This document shows, piece after piece, positions 1-9,158 of a stretch of 29,250 nt of DNA. The notes below the pieces were generated by a model. That model was given only the letters and a program-made list of their open reading frames with translations. It had not been told where the DNA came from and made no database searches. Numbering within the stretch: the first letter of the stretch is position 1; each line of letters opens with the position of its first letter. The stretch is from Candidatus Asbonarchaeum danakilense (lineage in GTDB: Archaea > Nanohalarchaeota > Nanosalinia > Nanosalinales > Nanoanaerosalinaceae). The stretch spans positions 1-29,250 of the forward strand of contig JAXINV010000008.1 in NCBI GenBank assembly GCA_034190465.1. Direction: 5' to 3'. A program made the translations under genes and the position numbers.

Positions 1-209
1 CGCTTCTTCAGGATCTCCACCATCATCTCGTCGGGCACGTACTCGCCCTCGTCGATGTACTCCCGGGGCGTGCCGTGCTCCGTTTCCACATCCTTGTTGT
101 TGCGGAGGATCTGCCCGGTGGAGACGTGCGGTATTCCGAACCGTTTCGAGATCTTTGATGCCTGGGTGCCCTTTCCCGCCCCAGGCGGACCGAGAATAAT
201 CAGGTTCAT
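1..209 (-). CDS. adk: Adenylate kinase, bacterial/monomeric type (5' part; runs off the window)
   Basis: Manual translation: MNLIILGPPGAGKGTQASKISKRFGIPHVSTGQILR...YIDEGEYVPDEMMVEILKK. Has the GPPGAGKGT P-loop and STG/VPD motifs. An alternative start at 215 is possible. Confidence 0.93.
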   Translation of the reverse strand, partial: MNLIILGPPGAGKGTQASKISKRFGIPHVSTGQILRNNKDVETEHGTPREYIDEGEYVPDEMMVEILKK

Positions 210-284
210 TTGCATCGGTGGGTGCAACCCCTGTTCGGGCCAGTCGGCCCTTCCGTGACACGCATCCAACCACAGCGAAGCAAC

Positions 285-1628
285 TTAAACGTTTCCCTCA
301 AGGTGCAGGAACGACCACAGGAACCGGTCCCAGTCCTCACCGCCTGGTCTCACATCCACGAACGACGCATCCTGCATCGGCTCCACCAGGTTGCCCGGCA
401 CCCCCTGCTCCGGGAGGTCACCGTCCAGGAACGCGGCAAGGACCTCGCGCGGTGTCGTGTGCTCGCGCTCCACCACTGTCACCAGTCGGTCGTCCTCCAC
501 CCAGACACGGTCATACGCCTCCGTGAACTGCTGCAGGTGCTCCTCGTTGTGGAACACCGCTGGGCCATGGTGCTTCACCCTGTCCGGCAGTTCCTCAACC
601 AGCGGGTCGAACACCAGCCGGACCCTGTCCTCCGTCACGTGGAACCCCGAGTCGAAAAGCTCGAAGCCCCGCCCAACCATCTCCTGGCGCAGCCGCCGCA
701 TCAAACGCCGGAGCTGCGGGTACAGAATGTCGTCCACCACGTCCGGCCGGTCCAGCTCCAGCACGACGAACGTCCCGTGCGCGTCCAGCTCCTCCTCCAG
801 CCGGTCAGGGTCGACCACCGGCTCTTCCGGGAAGAACGCGTCAAGAGATGGTTCCTGCAGGTACCGCCACGCCTCGTAGATGAACCGTGCATAGTTCTCC
901 GACGACAGCACCGACGCCACGTTCCGCTCCGGGTCGGTCGGATCGATCACCACCAGGTCCTCGTCCGCGAACTTCTCCGCAAGCTCCTCAGGCAGCCCGT
1001 CGTGGTGGTCAGCGACGTCGATCACCGTCTCACGCTCCCAGTCGACCGCCGCCTTCAGCAGCGACCGGAAGCCGCCGTACTCCGCGATCAGCAGCTCGCA
1101 CAGGTAGCCGGAGAACCCTTCCACCCGGAGCGATGAGCCGTACAGCCCGCGCCCTTTCAGGAACGCCTTCAGCAGCACGACCTCGCGCTTCTCCTCCGTG
1201 GAAAGCGCATTGTTCACCCATTCGGTATGGAGCGGGGTGCGGTCGACCGAGGACTTCAGTTCAGCCGGCGAGTCGATGTCGTACGCCGGCACGATCTCCA
1301 CCTCGAACCCGTCGATCTCGCCCTTCGTGTACGGATGCTCCGCGAACTCGACCTCGTACGTGCCGTCGAACCGGTCGAAGACCGCCTCACCGATCGCCAA
1401 GCCGTCCTCCTCCAGTATCTCCCCGGACGTGTCCGCGTCGAAGAACACGAAGATGTCCAGGTCCTTGTCACCGGCGAGGAACGTCCCCTTCGCCAGCGAA
1501 CCCATCAGTTCCGCCTGCCGGTCGAACTCGTCCTCGATGAACCGCTGGATCTCCTTGAACTGCTCCCGGGAACGTCGCCGCTCCGCCTCGTCGGGCCAGA
1601 CCTGTTCCAGAACCTCATCCTCCGGCAT
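285..1628 (-). CDS. cca: CCA-adding tRNA nucleotidyltransferase, archaeal class I
   Basis: GSLAKGTFLAGDKDLDIF nucleotidyltransferase motif, plus AEHPY, SSVDRTPLHT, GFSGYLCELL and DPTDPERNVAS; 447 aa. Confidence 0.96.
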   Translation of the reverse strand: MPEDEVLEQVWPDEAERRRSREQFKEIQRFIEDEFDRQAELMGSLAKGTFLAGDKDLDIFVFFDADTSGEILEEDGLAIGEAVFDRFDGTYEVEFAEHPYTKGEIDGFEVEIVPAYDIDSPAELKSSVDRTPLHTEWVNNALSTEEKREVVLLKAFLKGRGLYGSSLRVEGFSGYLCELLIAEYGGFRSLLKAAVDWERETVIDVADHHDGLPEELAEKFADEDLVVIDPTDPERNVASVLSSENYARFIYEAWRYLQEPSLDAFFPEEPVVDPDRLEEELDAHGTFVVLELDRPDVVDDILYPQLRRLMRRLRQEMVGRGFELFDSGFHVTEDRVRLVFDPLVEELPDRVKHHGPAVFHNEEHLQQFTEAYDRVWVEDDRLVTVVEREHTTPREVLAAFLDGDLPEQGVPGNLVEPMQDASFVDVRPGGEDWDRFLWSFLHLEGNV

Positions 1629-1667
1629 GGGTACAGAAGGGTGGCGGACGTAAAAATAAGTGAGGGG

Positions 1668-2273
1668 TCACGCCTCCCGGTAGACCAGTGTCACACCTTC
1701 CTCGTGGTCCAGGTCGTACTGCAGCGCCTCATCCCGTGCCAGCTCCTGGAGCTCGTTCACGTCCTCGTCGCGATCGTCCACAAACAACGGCTTCCCCTGG
1801 AGCAGCCTGCCGTGGATGTCTGTGTAGACCTGGTCCTCCACCGTCTCCGGCAGCTCGTCAAACGCGAAGTACCGTTCCACAATCGCGTCAGCCGTGTGGG
1901 AGAACGAGTACGACCGTTCACCACCGAATTCCTCATCGTCCGACGCCAGTGCCGTGAACTCGTGGAACGCGTCATCGTCCTCCGTCGTGACCTCCACGTC
2001 GTCCGGCACACCGTCGACCGCCCGGTCGAGCTTCTCGGGCACGACGACCTCGTTCAATGGACCTGTACGCCGGTAGTTGACCTGTTCGTCCGGATCGGCG
2101 GACTCGTTATAGTTCCGGACGTGCTCCTGGACGATCCCCTCAAGATCCACCCCGACCGCGTCGATCCGGACACCGCCGGACGCGCCGTAGCCGACCGCAT
2201 AATTGTCACTGGCCAGATCAGCGTCCACGGACGCGAGTTCATCGCGCCAGTCCTCATCCGGTGCCGCAGCCAT
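1668..2273 (-). CDS. Hypothetical acidic protein
   Basis: 201-aa Asp/Glu-rich ORF with genome-typical codon use and an AT-rich TATA-like region upstream; no recognised motif. Confidence 0.8.
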   Translation of the reverse strand: MAAAPDEDWRDELASVDADLASDNYAVGYGASGGVRIDAVGVDLEGIVQEHVRNYNESADPDEQVNYRRTGPLNEVVVPEKLDRAVDGVPDDVEVTTEDDDAFHEFTALASDDEEFGGERSYSFSHTADAIVERYFAFDELPETVEDQVYTDIHGRLLQGKPLFVDDRDEDVNELQELARDEALQYDLDHEEGVTLVYREA

Positions 2274-2381
2274 GGGAGTAACTTGTCATTGTTAAGATTT
2301 AAAGCCCCAGGATGAACGGGCGTTAATCCCGGGTGTGTGCGTGCCGTGACGTTATAAGGCCACGGCGGTGAAACGGGTACG

Positions 2382-2855
2382 ATGCCATACAGCACCGACG
2401 AAAGCATGGACGGGACGGATGGTGAACCCGCGTACACCGGCTCCTGGGACTTCTCCTTCAGCGAGGTGCTGCGCGGCGCGCTGGGCGGGCGGCGGCAGAC
2501 CAACCGGGTGGTCCACCGGTACGCGGAACAGTTCGAGCAGGCGGCACGGCTGCTGGACGCGGAACGGGACGACGCCTACGTCGAGATCTACGACCCCGTC
2601 CAGAAGATCGAGCAACGGACAGACACGCCGGACAGCCTGTGGGACGAGCTGATCGACGACGTCGATGTCGAAGAAGTGGAGCTGGCCTATGAATCCGACG
2701 ACGGCAGCATGACGTTCAGCTACGACCGCAGCCTCGACCACCCGTTCCATGTCGAGGCGACCGACGAAGCAGCAAAGGACGAACTGGAGGAGCTGTACGA
2801 CATCAGGATGAAAAGAGAATGGAAGCCCAGCGGGTTGCTGGGACTGCTGGACTGA
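2382..2855 (+). CDS. Hypothetical acidic protein
   Basis: 157-aa acidic ORF with TTATAA at ~2352 upstream; stop abuts the convergent aIF5A stop. Confidence 0.8.
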   Translation: MPYSTDESMDGTDGEPAYTGSWDFSFSEVLRGALGGRRQTNRVVHRYAEQFEQAARLLDAERDDAYVEIYDPVQKIEQRTDTPDSLWDELIDDVDVEEVELAYESDDGSMTFSYDRSLDHPFHVEATDEAAKDELEELYDIRMKREWKPSGLLGLLD

Positions 2856-3242
2856 TCAGCCCTGGTGCTTGCCCTTGACCATCTTCTTGTCAGCGATGAC
2901 CCAGTAACGGATCTCCTCGCCCTCGGAAACGTCCAGATCGTCGGGCATCTGCATCTCCTCGGTCTCGTAGGTCTCCATGTCCATGACCTGTGCGATGTCG
3001 CCGTCCTTCGAGACGATCTGGCCGACCTTCTTGTCGACATCGGGCGACATCAGCATCGCGTCGCCGGGCTTGGTGATATTGCGTGTCTTGTCGTCGAACA
3101 CGCCGACCGCCTGGATCCGGTACTTGGCGTGGCCGTGCTTGCCCGGTGCTGACTTCTTCGTTTTCTTGACCTTGCAGGGCTCGTCCTCGAGCATGATGTA
3201 GTCGCCCTTGCCGACACTCTTCGCTTCAATCTGATGTGGCAT
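2856..3242 (-). CDS. eif5a: Translation factor aIF-5A
   Basis: MPHQIEAKSVGKGDYIMLEDEPCKV...SAPGKHGHAK hypusine loop. Real start taken at 3242; the ORF-track extension to 3872 runs over other features. Confidence 0.95.
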   Translation of the reverse strand: MPHQIEAKSVGKGDYIMLEDEPCKVKKTKKSAPGKHGHAKYRIQAVGVFDDKTRNITKPGDAMLMSPDVDKKVGQIVSKDGDIAQVMDMETYETEEMQMPDDLDVSEGEEIRYWVIADKKMVKGKHQG

Positions 3243-3286
3243 CGTTATGTCCCTCGTGGCTATACTCCCCGTCAGTTCTTTTAAAC

Positions 3287-3607
3287 CTATTCGCCGGCCC
3301 CGGTGTCCGCCTCCTCGAGCGGATGGATGTGCTCGTGTACCTGTCGCAGCCACAGCCGCTTGAACCACGGGAGCGTCGCCGTCGCCAGCACGAACGCCAC
3401 CGCCGGCACCACGGCACCGGTGAACGGATCCTGCATCCCGGCAGAGACGAAATAGACGACGATGACGAGGTACGTCAGCACCGTGATGAGTACTCGTCTC
3501 GACCAGCTCGTCTCCCAGGCCTTGTCCCGCTCCACCTTCCGGTTCCGTTGCTTGATGCGGTCGACCTCCTGCTCCAGCTGTTCGACGCGCTCCTCCAAGT
3601 CGGACAT
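3287..3607 (-). CDS. Small membrane protein (N-terminal coiled coil plus 2 TM helices)
   Basis: MSDLEERVEQLEQEVDRIKQRNRKVERDKAWETSWSRR followed by two hydrophobic segments. Confidence 0.85.
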   Translation of the reverse strand: MSDLEERVEQLEQEVDRIKQRNRKVERDKAWETSWSRRVLITVLTYLVIVVYFVSAGMQDPFTGAVVPAVAFVLATATLPWFKRLWLRQVHEHIHPLEEADTGAGE

Positions 3608-3653
3608 ATATTGATGCTGTGACCGGGGGCATAAAATCATTGTGCGTCAGGAG

Positions 3654-3673
3654 AAGAGAAGGGAGAAAAAGAA
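3654..3673 (-). terminator. T/pyrimidine-rich archaeal terminator-like tract
   Basis: Minus strand reads TTCTTTTTCTCCCTTCTCTT directly after the closing helix of the structured region. Confidence 0.55.
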
Positions 3674-4081
3674 GGGGTACGCCCCTCAGGCCCGAGGTGT
3701 GGGGGGAACGGCTTTTGTCGTGGGGCCTGAAAAGGCAGGGACGCCCGGCAGCCCTGTTACGGGCTGCCTGACGCGGGGATGAGGACGACCTGCTCCAGCG
3801 GGCGCCGGTCACGTGCTCGGGGGATGTAAATGAGGCACATGACCCGCTCCGCATCCAGCGTGGCGTGGCCACGCTGTCGGGGGAAGCCAGTCGTCCTAAT
3901 ATAGGTTTTGTGGGGGGAACCTAATAGACCGCTGAAGGGCGTCCCTGCCGGGGACGCATCCCCTTGTGGCGAGATCATCCCGCCATAGTGGCACACCGTA
4001 TTGGCGCTGTGCCATGTTAGTGGGGGTTGCAAGCGCTGTGCGCTTGACTAACATGGGACCGGGGGAGCACTCCCCCGGTCC
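3674..4081 (-). ncRNA. Unidentified highly structured RNA (ncRNA or ftsZ 3' UTR)
   Basis: Perfect 13-bp long-range helix 3734-3746/3937-3949; closing helix 3674-3685/3950-3963; many local hairpins; 10-bp helix 4012-4021/4047-4056; 12-bp hairpin 4056-4081. Non-Watson-Crick pairs are G-U on the minus strand. Confidence 0.7.
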
Positions 4082-4091
4082 TCGGTTACGT

Positions 4092-5165
4092 TCATTGCTG
4101 TTTGATGACCTTGAGCCCGAGATCGTCCATGTCTTGGACGTCGGCCTCTTTCTCTTCCTCGTCGACAGGGCCGAGCACGTAGGGGGACTCGACACCGGTA
4201 ATGATCGAGATGACCTGGACCTTGCCCTGGAGTTCCTCGCTGATCCGTGCGCCCCAGATGACCTGGGCCTGCGCGTCCAGCTTGTCGATCACTGTCTGAC
4301 CGATATCGTTGATCTCGTTGAGGGACAGGTCCTCACCACCTTCGACATGCACCAGCGCGCCTGTGGCACCCTCGAAGTCGACGTCCAGAAGGGGGTTGCT
4401 GAGCGCCTCTGCGATAGCTTCCTTCCCCTTGTTCCTGGTATCGGACTCACCGTAGCCTACCACGGCAACACCTCCGGAATGCATGATGGCCTTGACGTCT
4501 GCGTAGTCCAGGTTGACGAGAGAGGGCTCGGAGATTGTCTCCGTAACGCCCTGTATCATGGTTGTTATCAGTTCGTCGGCCACGCCGAACGCCTGGTCGA
4601 GCGGCATGTCACCGGCTATGTCAATCAGCTTGTCGTTCTCGATCACGATCGCCGTATCGACGAACTCACGGAGCTTGTACAGCCCATCCTCTGCCTTCGA
4701 CTTCCGCGCGCCCTCGATCTGGAACGGCATCGTCACCGTACCGATCACGATGCAATCCTCCGACTTCGCGATGTCAGCGAGAACAGGGATCGCACCCGTA
4801 CCGGTGCCGCCACCGAGGCCCGCACAGAGGAATACCATATCAGCATCAGCGAACAGTGATCGGAGCTCAGAGCGGTTCTCCTCGGCAGCCTTGGCACCCT
4901 TCTCCGGGTGGCCACCTGCGCCGAGTCCACGGGTGAGGTCCTGGCCGATCAGGATCTTCCGGTCAGCCTTCGACATCTTCAGGTGCTGCTTGTCAGTATT
5001 GACAGCAAGCGTCTCGGCACCGGCAACGTCCTTGTCCTGCATACGAGTGATCATGTTGTTGCCAGCTCCCCCGATCCCCGCTACAAGGATCTTTGCATCT
5101 TTTATGTCCTCAAAATCGTTTGCTGCTTGGTCTTCATCCGCCGCGTCTTCGATGATTGAATCCAT
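4092..5165 (-). CDS. ftsZ: Cell division protein FtsZ
   Basis: GIGGAGNN, AVNTD, GLGAGG, GLGGGTGTG tubulin signature and NLDYAD. Start placed at MDSIIEDA, after a purine-rich SD-like stretch. Confidence 0.97.
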   Translation of the reverse strand: MDSIIEDAADEDQAANDFEDIKDAKILVAGIGGAGNNMITRMQDKDVAGAETLAVNTDKQHLKMSKADRKILIGQDLTRGLGAGGHPEKGAKAAEENRSELRSLFADADMVFLCAGLGGGTGTGAIPVLADIAKSEDCIVIGTVTMPFQIEGARKSKAEDGLYKLREFVDTAIVIENDKLIDIAGDMPLDQAFGVADELITTMIQGVTETISEPSLVNLDYADVKAIMHSGGVAVVGYGESDTRNKGKEAIAEALSNPLLDVDFEGATGALVHVEGGEDLSLNEINDIGQTVIDKLDAQAQVIWGARISEELQGKVQVISIITGVESPYVLGPVDEEEKEADVQDMDDLGLKVIKQQ

Positions 5166-5478
5166 TGCTATCTCCTCTATCGTTGTGCTGGAGCACAACA
5201 ATCTTTTTGTGTGAGGCGTACCCACCTACTACTGCCCACGGTCGGTTAGAAGAACTCTAATCGATCACTATCAATACCTAGCAAAGACTAGTTGATCAGA
5301 AGTTGCCCAACTTCACTCGTGTTTCGCCCGTTCGGTTCATGCCCACACGAATCGTGCCCGCGATTCGCGTTGAACCGGAACGCGAAATCCTGAATCGGAA
5401 GTCTCGATCACGTTCCTGCGCCCAACAGGACAGTGATCAAATCCCGAATAGTTCTACCCACTTATTTTCCTTCCAGAC

Positions 5479-5487
5479 TATATAAAG
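5479..5487 (-). promoter_or_regulatory. TATA-box candidate for ftsZ
   Basis: Minus strand CTTTATATA in the AT-rich ftsZ/gatC divergent intergenic region. Confidence 0.4.
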
Positions 5488-5593
5488 GTTTCCTGCAGTC
5501 AGACATGTGTATTCCATCGCAAGGGTCGTTCTCACGCAACCTCCATTCCGGCCAGCGACAGCATTAAATACCTTGCCGGGTCCAGTCTCCCGC

Positions 5594-5878
5594 ATGGTCG
5601 AGGACGAGACACTGGAACAGGTGGCGGCCAACGCCCGACTCCAGCTCACCGACGAGGAGAAGGAACGGTTCCGGCAGGACCTGGAGGACATCCTCGACGC
5701 GTTCGACTCATTGGACGACATCGACACGGAAGGCGTCGACCCTGCGTTCCATCCCATCGACCTCGGCGACCGGGACCGGGAGGACGAGCCCGAGGACTGC
5801 CTCACCCAGGACGACGCACTTGCCAACACGGAAAACAAGGAGGACGGCTTCTTCAAGGGGCCGAGGGCTAATACATGA
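5594..5878 (+). CDS. gatC: Asp/Glu-tRNA amidotransferase subunit C
   Basis: VAANARLQLTDEEKERF...LDDIDTEGVDP...REDEP...DGFFKGPR; overlaps the gatA start; ATTAAATA upstream. Confidence 0.93.
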   Translation: MVEDETLEQVAANARLQLTDEEKERFRQDLEDILDAFDSLDDIDTEGVDPAFHPIDLGDRDREDEPEDCLTQDDALANTENKEDGFFKGPRANT

Positions 5879-7278
5879 TGGACCCGACAGCCACCGACTT
5901 CCTCCAAAACGACCAGGAACTGGACATGGACCGGTTCAGGCAGGAGGTCGAACAGGTCAACGACGATATCGATGCGCTACGCGCCACCGACTGGGACCGG
6001 GAACCAGGCAGCGGGAGACTGTCCGGCCTCCCGATTACCGCCAAGGACAACATCACCGTCCAGGGCATGCCGGCCACCGCTGGCTCCAAGATCCTCGAGC
6101 CGTACGAACCACCGTTCACCGCGACCGCCGCACAGCGTCTGGAGGACGAGGGCGCGGCAGTCGTCGCCAAGACCAACCAGGACGAGTTCGGGTTCGGCAC
6201 CTTCTCCACCAACTCCGCGTACGAGGTCCCCAAGAACCCGCACGACACCGACAGAGTCACCGGCGGCTCCTCCGGCGGGGCGGCGGCACTGACCGCGGCA
6301 CTGGACGAACCACACATCGCGCTAGGCCAGTCCACCGGCGGCTCGATCTCCTGCCCCGCAGCCTTCTGCGGCGTCGTCGGCCTGACCCCGACCTACGGCA
6401 GGGTCTCCAGGTACGGGCTGATCGACTACGCCAACTCCATGGACAAGATCGGACCCATCACACGATCGGTCCAGGACGCCGCACTGGCGCTCGAGATCAT
6501 CGCCGGACAGGACCCGCGGGACTTCACCACCGCGGCCAGGGACGTACCCGCGTTCAGCGATGTGGAGCCGAAGCTGCACGACAAGACGATCGGCGTCCCG
6601 GAACAGTATATGGCGTACGACGGCGTCGATGACCGGGTCCGTGACGCGGTCTGGACCAGTATCAAGCGGATGGAGGACCTCGGCGCAACCGTGAAGGAGA
6701 TATCACTCCCAAAGATCGCGAAGGAGTACGCACTGCCCGCATACTACATCACCGCCGTCGCGGAGGCATCCACCAACCTGGCCCGCTACTGCGGCATGCG
6801 GTACGGGCTGGAGGACGACCCGGAGCGGACGAGCTACGACGACTACTTCGCCGAGATACGGAGCGAGGGCTTCGGCGAGGAGGCCAAGCGCCGCATCCTG
6901 CTGGGGACGTTCGCCAGACAGGCGGGCTACCGGGATGCCTACTACATCAAGGCGCTCAAGGTCCGGCAGCTGGTCATCGACGAGTTCCGGCGCGGGTTCA
7001 AGGACGTCGACATGCTGGCGGCACCGACGATGCCGATCCCGGCACCGACGTTCGACGAGGCCGGCGACCTGCCACCCGCTGAGGTCTACGCGATGGACAC
7101 ACTGACCGTCGGCCCGAACCTCGCCGGGATGCCGCAGCTCTCACTGCCGACAGGCACCGTCGACGGCATGCCGATAGGCACCCATCTCATCGGCCCCCAG
7201 TTCGGCGAGAAGACACTGCTCGAGGCAGGGCTGGCGTACGAGAAGCACGAGGGCTTCATCGACACGCCAGAGCTATGA
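5875..7278 (+). CDS. gatA: Asp/Glu-tRNA amidotransferase subunit A
   Basis: Amidase signature (KDNI, KTNQDEFGFG, GGSSGG, STGGSI), plus EASTNLARYCGMRYG and KRRILLGTF. Confidence 0.96.
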   Translation: MMDPTATDFLQNDQELDMDRFRQEVEQVNDDIDALRATDWDREPGSGRLSGLPITAKDNITVQGMPATAGSKILEPYEPPFTATAAQRLEDEGAAVVAKTNQDEFGFGTFSTNSAYEVPKNPHDTDRVTGGSSGGAAALTAALDEPHIALGQSTGGSISCPAAFCGVVGLTPTYGRVSRYGLIDYANSMDKIGPITRSVQDAALALEIIAGQDPRDFTTAARDVPAFSDVEPKLHDKTIGVPEQYMAYDGVDDRVRDAVWTSIKRMEDLGATVKEISLPKIAKEYALPAYYITAVAEASTNLARYCGMRYGLEDDPERTSYDDYFAEIRSEGFGEEAKRRILLGTFARQAGYRDAYYIKALKVRQLVIDEFRRGFKDVDMLAAPTMPIPAPTFDEAGDLPPAEVYAMDTLTVGPNLAGMPQLSLPTGTVDGMPIGTHLIGPQFGEKTLLEAGLAYEKHEGFIDTPEL

Positions 7279-7350
7279 CCCCTTTTCTCCGCGAATCCCT
7301 TCACAGCATCATTTAAATACTGCCTTCTATAATTATAAAACAGAGGCCAG

Positions 7351-7428
7351 AAATTGTAAACAAATGTAAACTAAACTCTGGCGTAAGTAAAAACACTTAT
7401 ATACCAGGAGTTACTACTTTGAAGTAAC
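7351..7428 (+). promoter_or_regulatory. AT-rich promoter with tandem TGTAAAC repeats and a GTTACT-N7-AGTAAC palindrome
   Basis: TGTAAAC at 7355 and 7365, TATA-like CTTATATA at ~7397, inverted repeat 7410-7428 between TATA and ATG. Confidence 0.5.
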
Positions 7429-7440
7429 AGGTGGTCAACA

Positions 7441-8289
7441 ATGCAGGAGCCCCGACTTGCCGAGATGGAAGCAGGTGATCTCGAGGAGTTCTACCGAGAA
7501 CCATCCATGGAGACACTGCAAAAGACCGCCGGCTATCTGGAAAGCATGGAACGGATCGAGGAACTCGTCGAAGACTACAAGAAAAAGCGGAAGAACCTCG
7601 GCAAGGCAGAGGCCCTGCTCGAAGAAGGATACGACGAGGACGAACACGTCGGCTACGTCCAGATCGAGGACGAGGAAGCCGACGACTACACCCTCCTCGA
7701 AGAGTTCGTCATCGGCGACAGGATCGAGAAGACAGAAGAGGACCTCACCTACATCAAGCGTGAACTCGTCAAAGAGGTCAACGAGATGCGGGCCTGGGAT
7801 GAAGAGGTCGAAGCCACCGACGGCCCGGTGAGGGCAGCCTCCGTCACCTACGGCGTCGTTATGGACACGTTTTCCACCTCCTCCGACGCCGAGGAGGCGC
7901 TCCGCGAGCTGCGGGAGGAAGACTACGACGCATACCAGAAGCTCGACAGCTACGCCGAAGAGCGCAACACCGCCAGGAAGGATGAGGACGCGCTCGACCG
8001 GTTCATCGACAGAGACGGCATATTCCAGCGGGAAGACCTGTTCGGCCTCGTCGCCGACATCGTCATCCAGGGCGTCGACGTGATCGACGAGAAGTACGCA
8101 GACCTGGAGGAGAAAGGCCAGGCCTTCGGTCAGGTCTCCAGCGAGCGTCGGGACCTCCGGCACGACGGTGACGAACCGGTCAAGCCGTGGAGCTACGAGG
8201 TCGGCATGGTCCTCGACGAGGAACAGGACGGGGCGGCTGACGGCCACCCTGACGAGGACGACGACACGGTCGGGCGGATGTTTGCCTGA
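7441..8289 (+). CDS. Hypothetical very acidic, probably helical/coiled-coil protein
   Basis: 282-aa Glu/Asp-rich ORF with AGGTGG SD-like element upstream; no recognised motif. Confidence 0.82.
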   Translation: MQEPRLAEMEAGDLEEFYREPSMETLQKTAGYLESMERIEELVEDYKKKRKNLGKAEALLEEGYDEDEHVGYVQIEDEEADDYTLLEEFVIGDRIEKTEEDLTYIKRELVKEVNEMRAWDEEVEATDGPVRAASVTYGVVMDTFSTSSDAEEALRELREEDYDAYQKLDSYAEERNTARKDEDALDRFIDRDGIFQREDLFGLVADIVIQGVDVIDEKYADLEEKGQAFGQVSSERRDLRHDGDEPVKPWSYEVGMVLDEEQDGAADGHPDEDDDTVGRMFA

Positions 8290-8305
8290 CCGTGTCGGGA
8301 CTTCC

Positions 8306-9079
8306 TCAGTCCTCGTGCCACAGCACCAGCCGGTCCCACAGCCAGGTTGGGAGGACCGCCTTCAGCTTTGGGAACAGCCACGCCTGCCACGTGACCGTGT
8401 ACCGTGCAGAGGGACGGTCCGTCTCGACCGCCGTCACCAGCGTCTTCGCCGCCGTCTCCGGTGACGCGCCGGTGAACGCCGATGCCAGCTTCCGCCTATA
8501 GTTCTCCGCGTACGCCGAGTCAGGCAGGTAACGCTCAAGGTTCCGTGCCCCTTTCTCGTTGAACCCAGTCCTGATCGCGCCGGGCTCGATGACGACCACA
8601 TCGACGTCGAAGCGGGACAGCTCCAGCCGGAGCGCGTCGCTCACCGCCTCCACGGCGTGCTTGGACGCGGCGTAGGCCCCCCAGTACGGGGCGACGGTCT
8701 TCCCTGCCAGCGACGACACGTTGACGATCCTGCCGTCCCGTTCCTTCAGGGTCGGCAGCGCCGCCTTCGTAACCTGCAGCAGGCCGAACAGGTTGGTCTC
8801 GAAGTGCTGCTCCACATCGTCCATCGCCATGTCCTCAATCGCGCCGAGCGCCTGGTGGCCGGCGCAGTTGACCAGCACATCCAGCTCCTCGCCATCCAGG
8901 ACCTCCTCGACCCGTTCCCGGTCGTAGACGTCGCCCTGGTACGTGGTGATCTCGCCGGGCAGGTCGTCCAGGTGGTCCTGCTCGATGTCGAGGACGGCGA
9001 CCTCGTGGCCCCGGTCCAGCAGCCGTTCCGCGGTTGCCCTCCCGATGCCGTGGCCGCCACCCGTGATGAGGACGCGCAT
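8306..9079 (-). CDS. Short-chain dehydrogenase/reductase (SDR)
   Basis: MRVLITGGGHGIG, LVNCAG, IVNVSS and YAASK catalytic motif; start placed at MRVLIT. Confidence 0.95.
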   Translation of the reverse strand: MRVLITGGGHGIGRATAERLLDRGHEVAVLDIEQDHLDDLPGEITTYQGDVYDRERVEEVLDGEELDVLVNCAGHQALGAIEDMAMDDVEQHFETNLFGLLQVTKAALPTLKERDGRIVNVSSLAGKTVAPYWGAYAASKHAVEAVSDALRLELSRFDVDVVVIEPGAIRTGFNEKGARNLERYLPDSAYAENYRRKLASAFTGASPETAAKTLVTAVETDRPSARYTVTWQAWLFPKLKAVLPTWLWDRLVLWHED

Positions 9080-9158
9080 ACCGGAGAATGGGGGAGACGC
9101 GGTGAAAAAGACCGCGGCACGACACAGATTTTTAACCCTTCCCGCGCCAGTCACCCGC

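Noticed and set aside
3698..3920. Replication origin (G-strings of ORB elements)
   Set aside because: No TTCCA..GAAAC ORB core, no AT-rich unwinding element and no adjacent cdc6/orc1; the pairing pattern looks RNA-like.
3674..3963. SRP RNA or RNase P RNA
   Set aside because: The size fits, but no SRP helix-8 motif and no RNase P GAGGAAAGUCC / AACAGAA conserved regions are visible on either strand.
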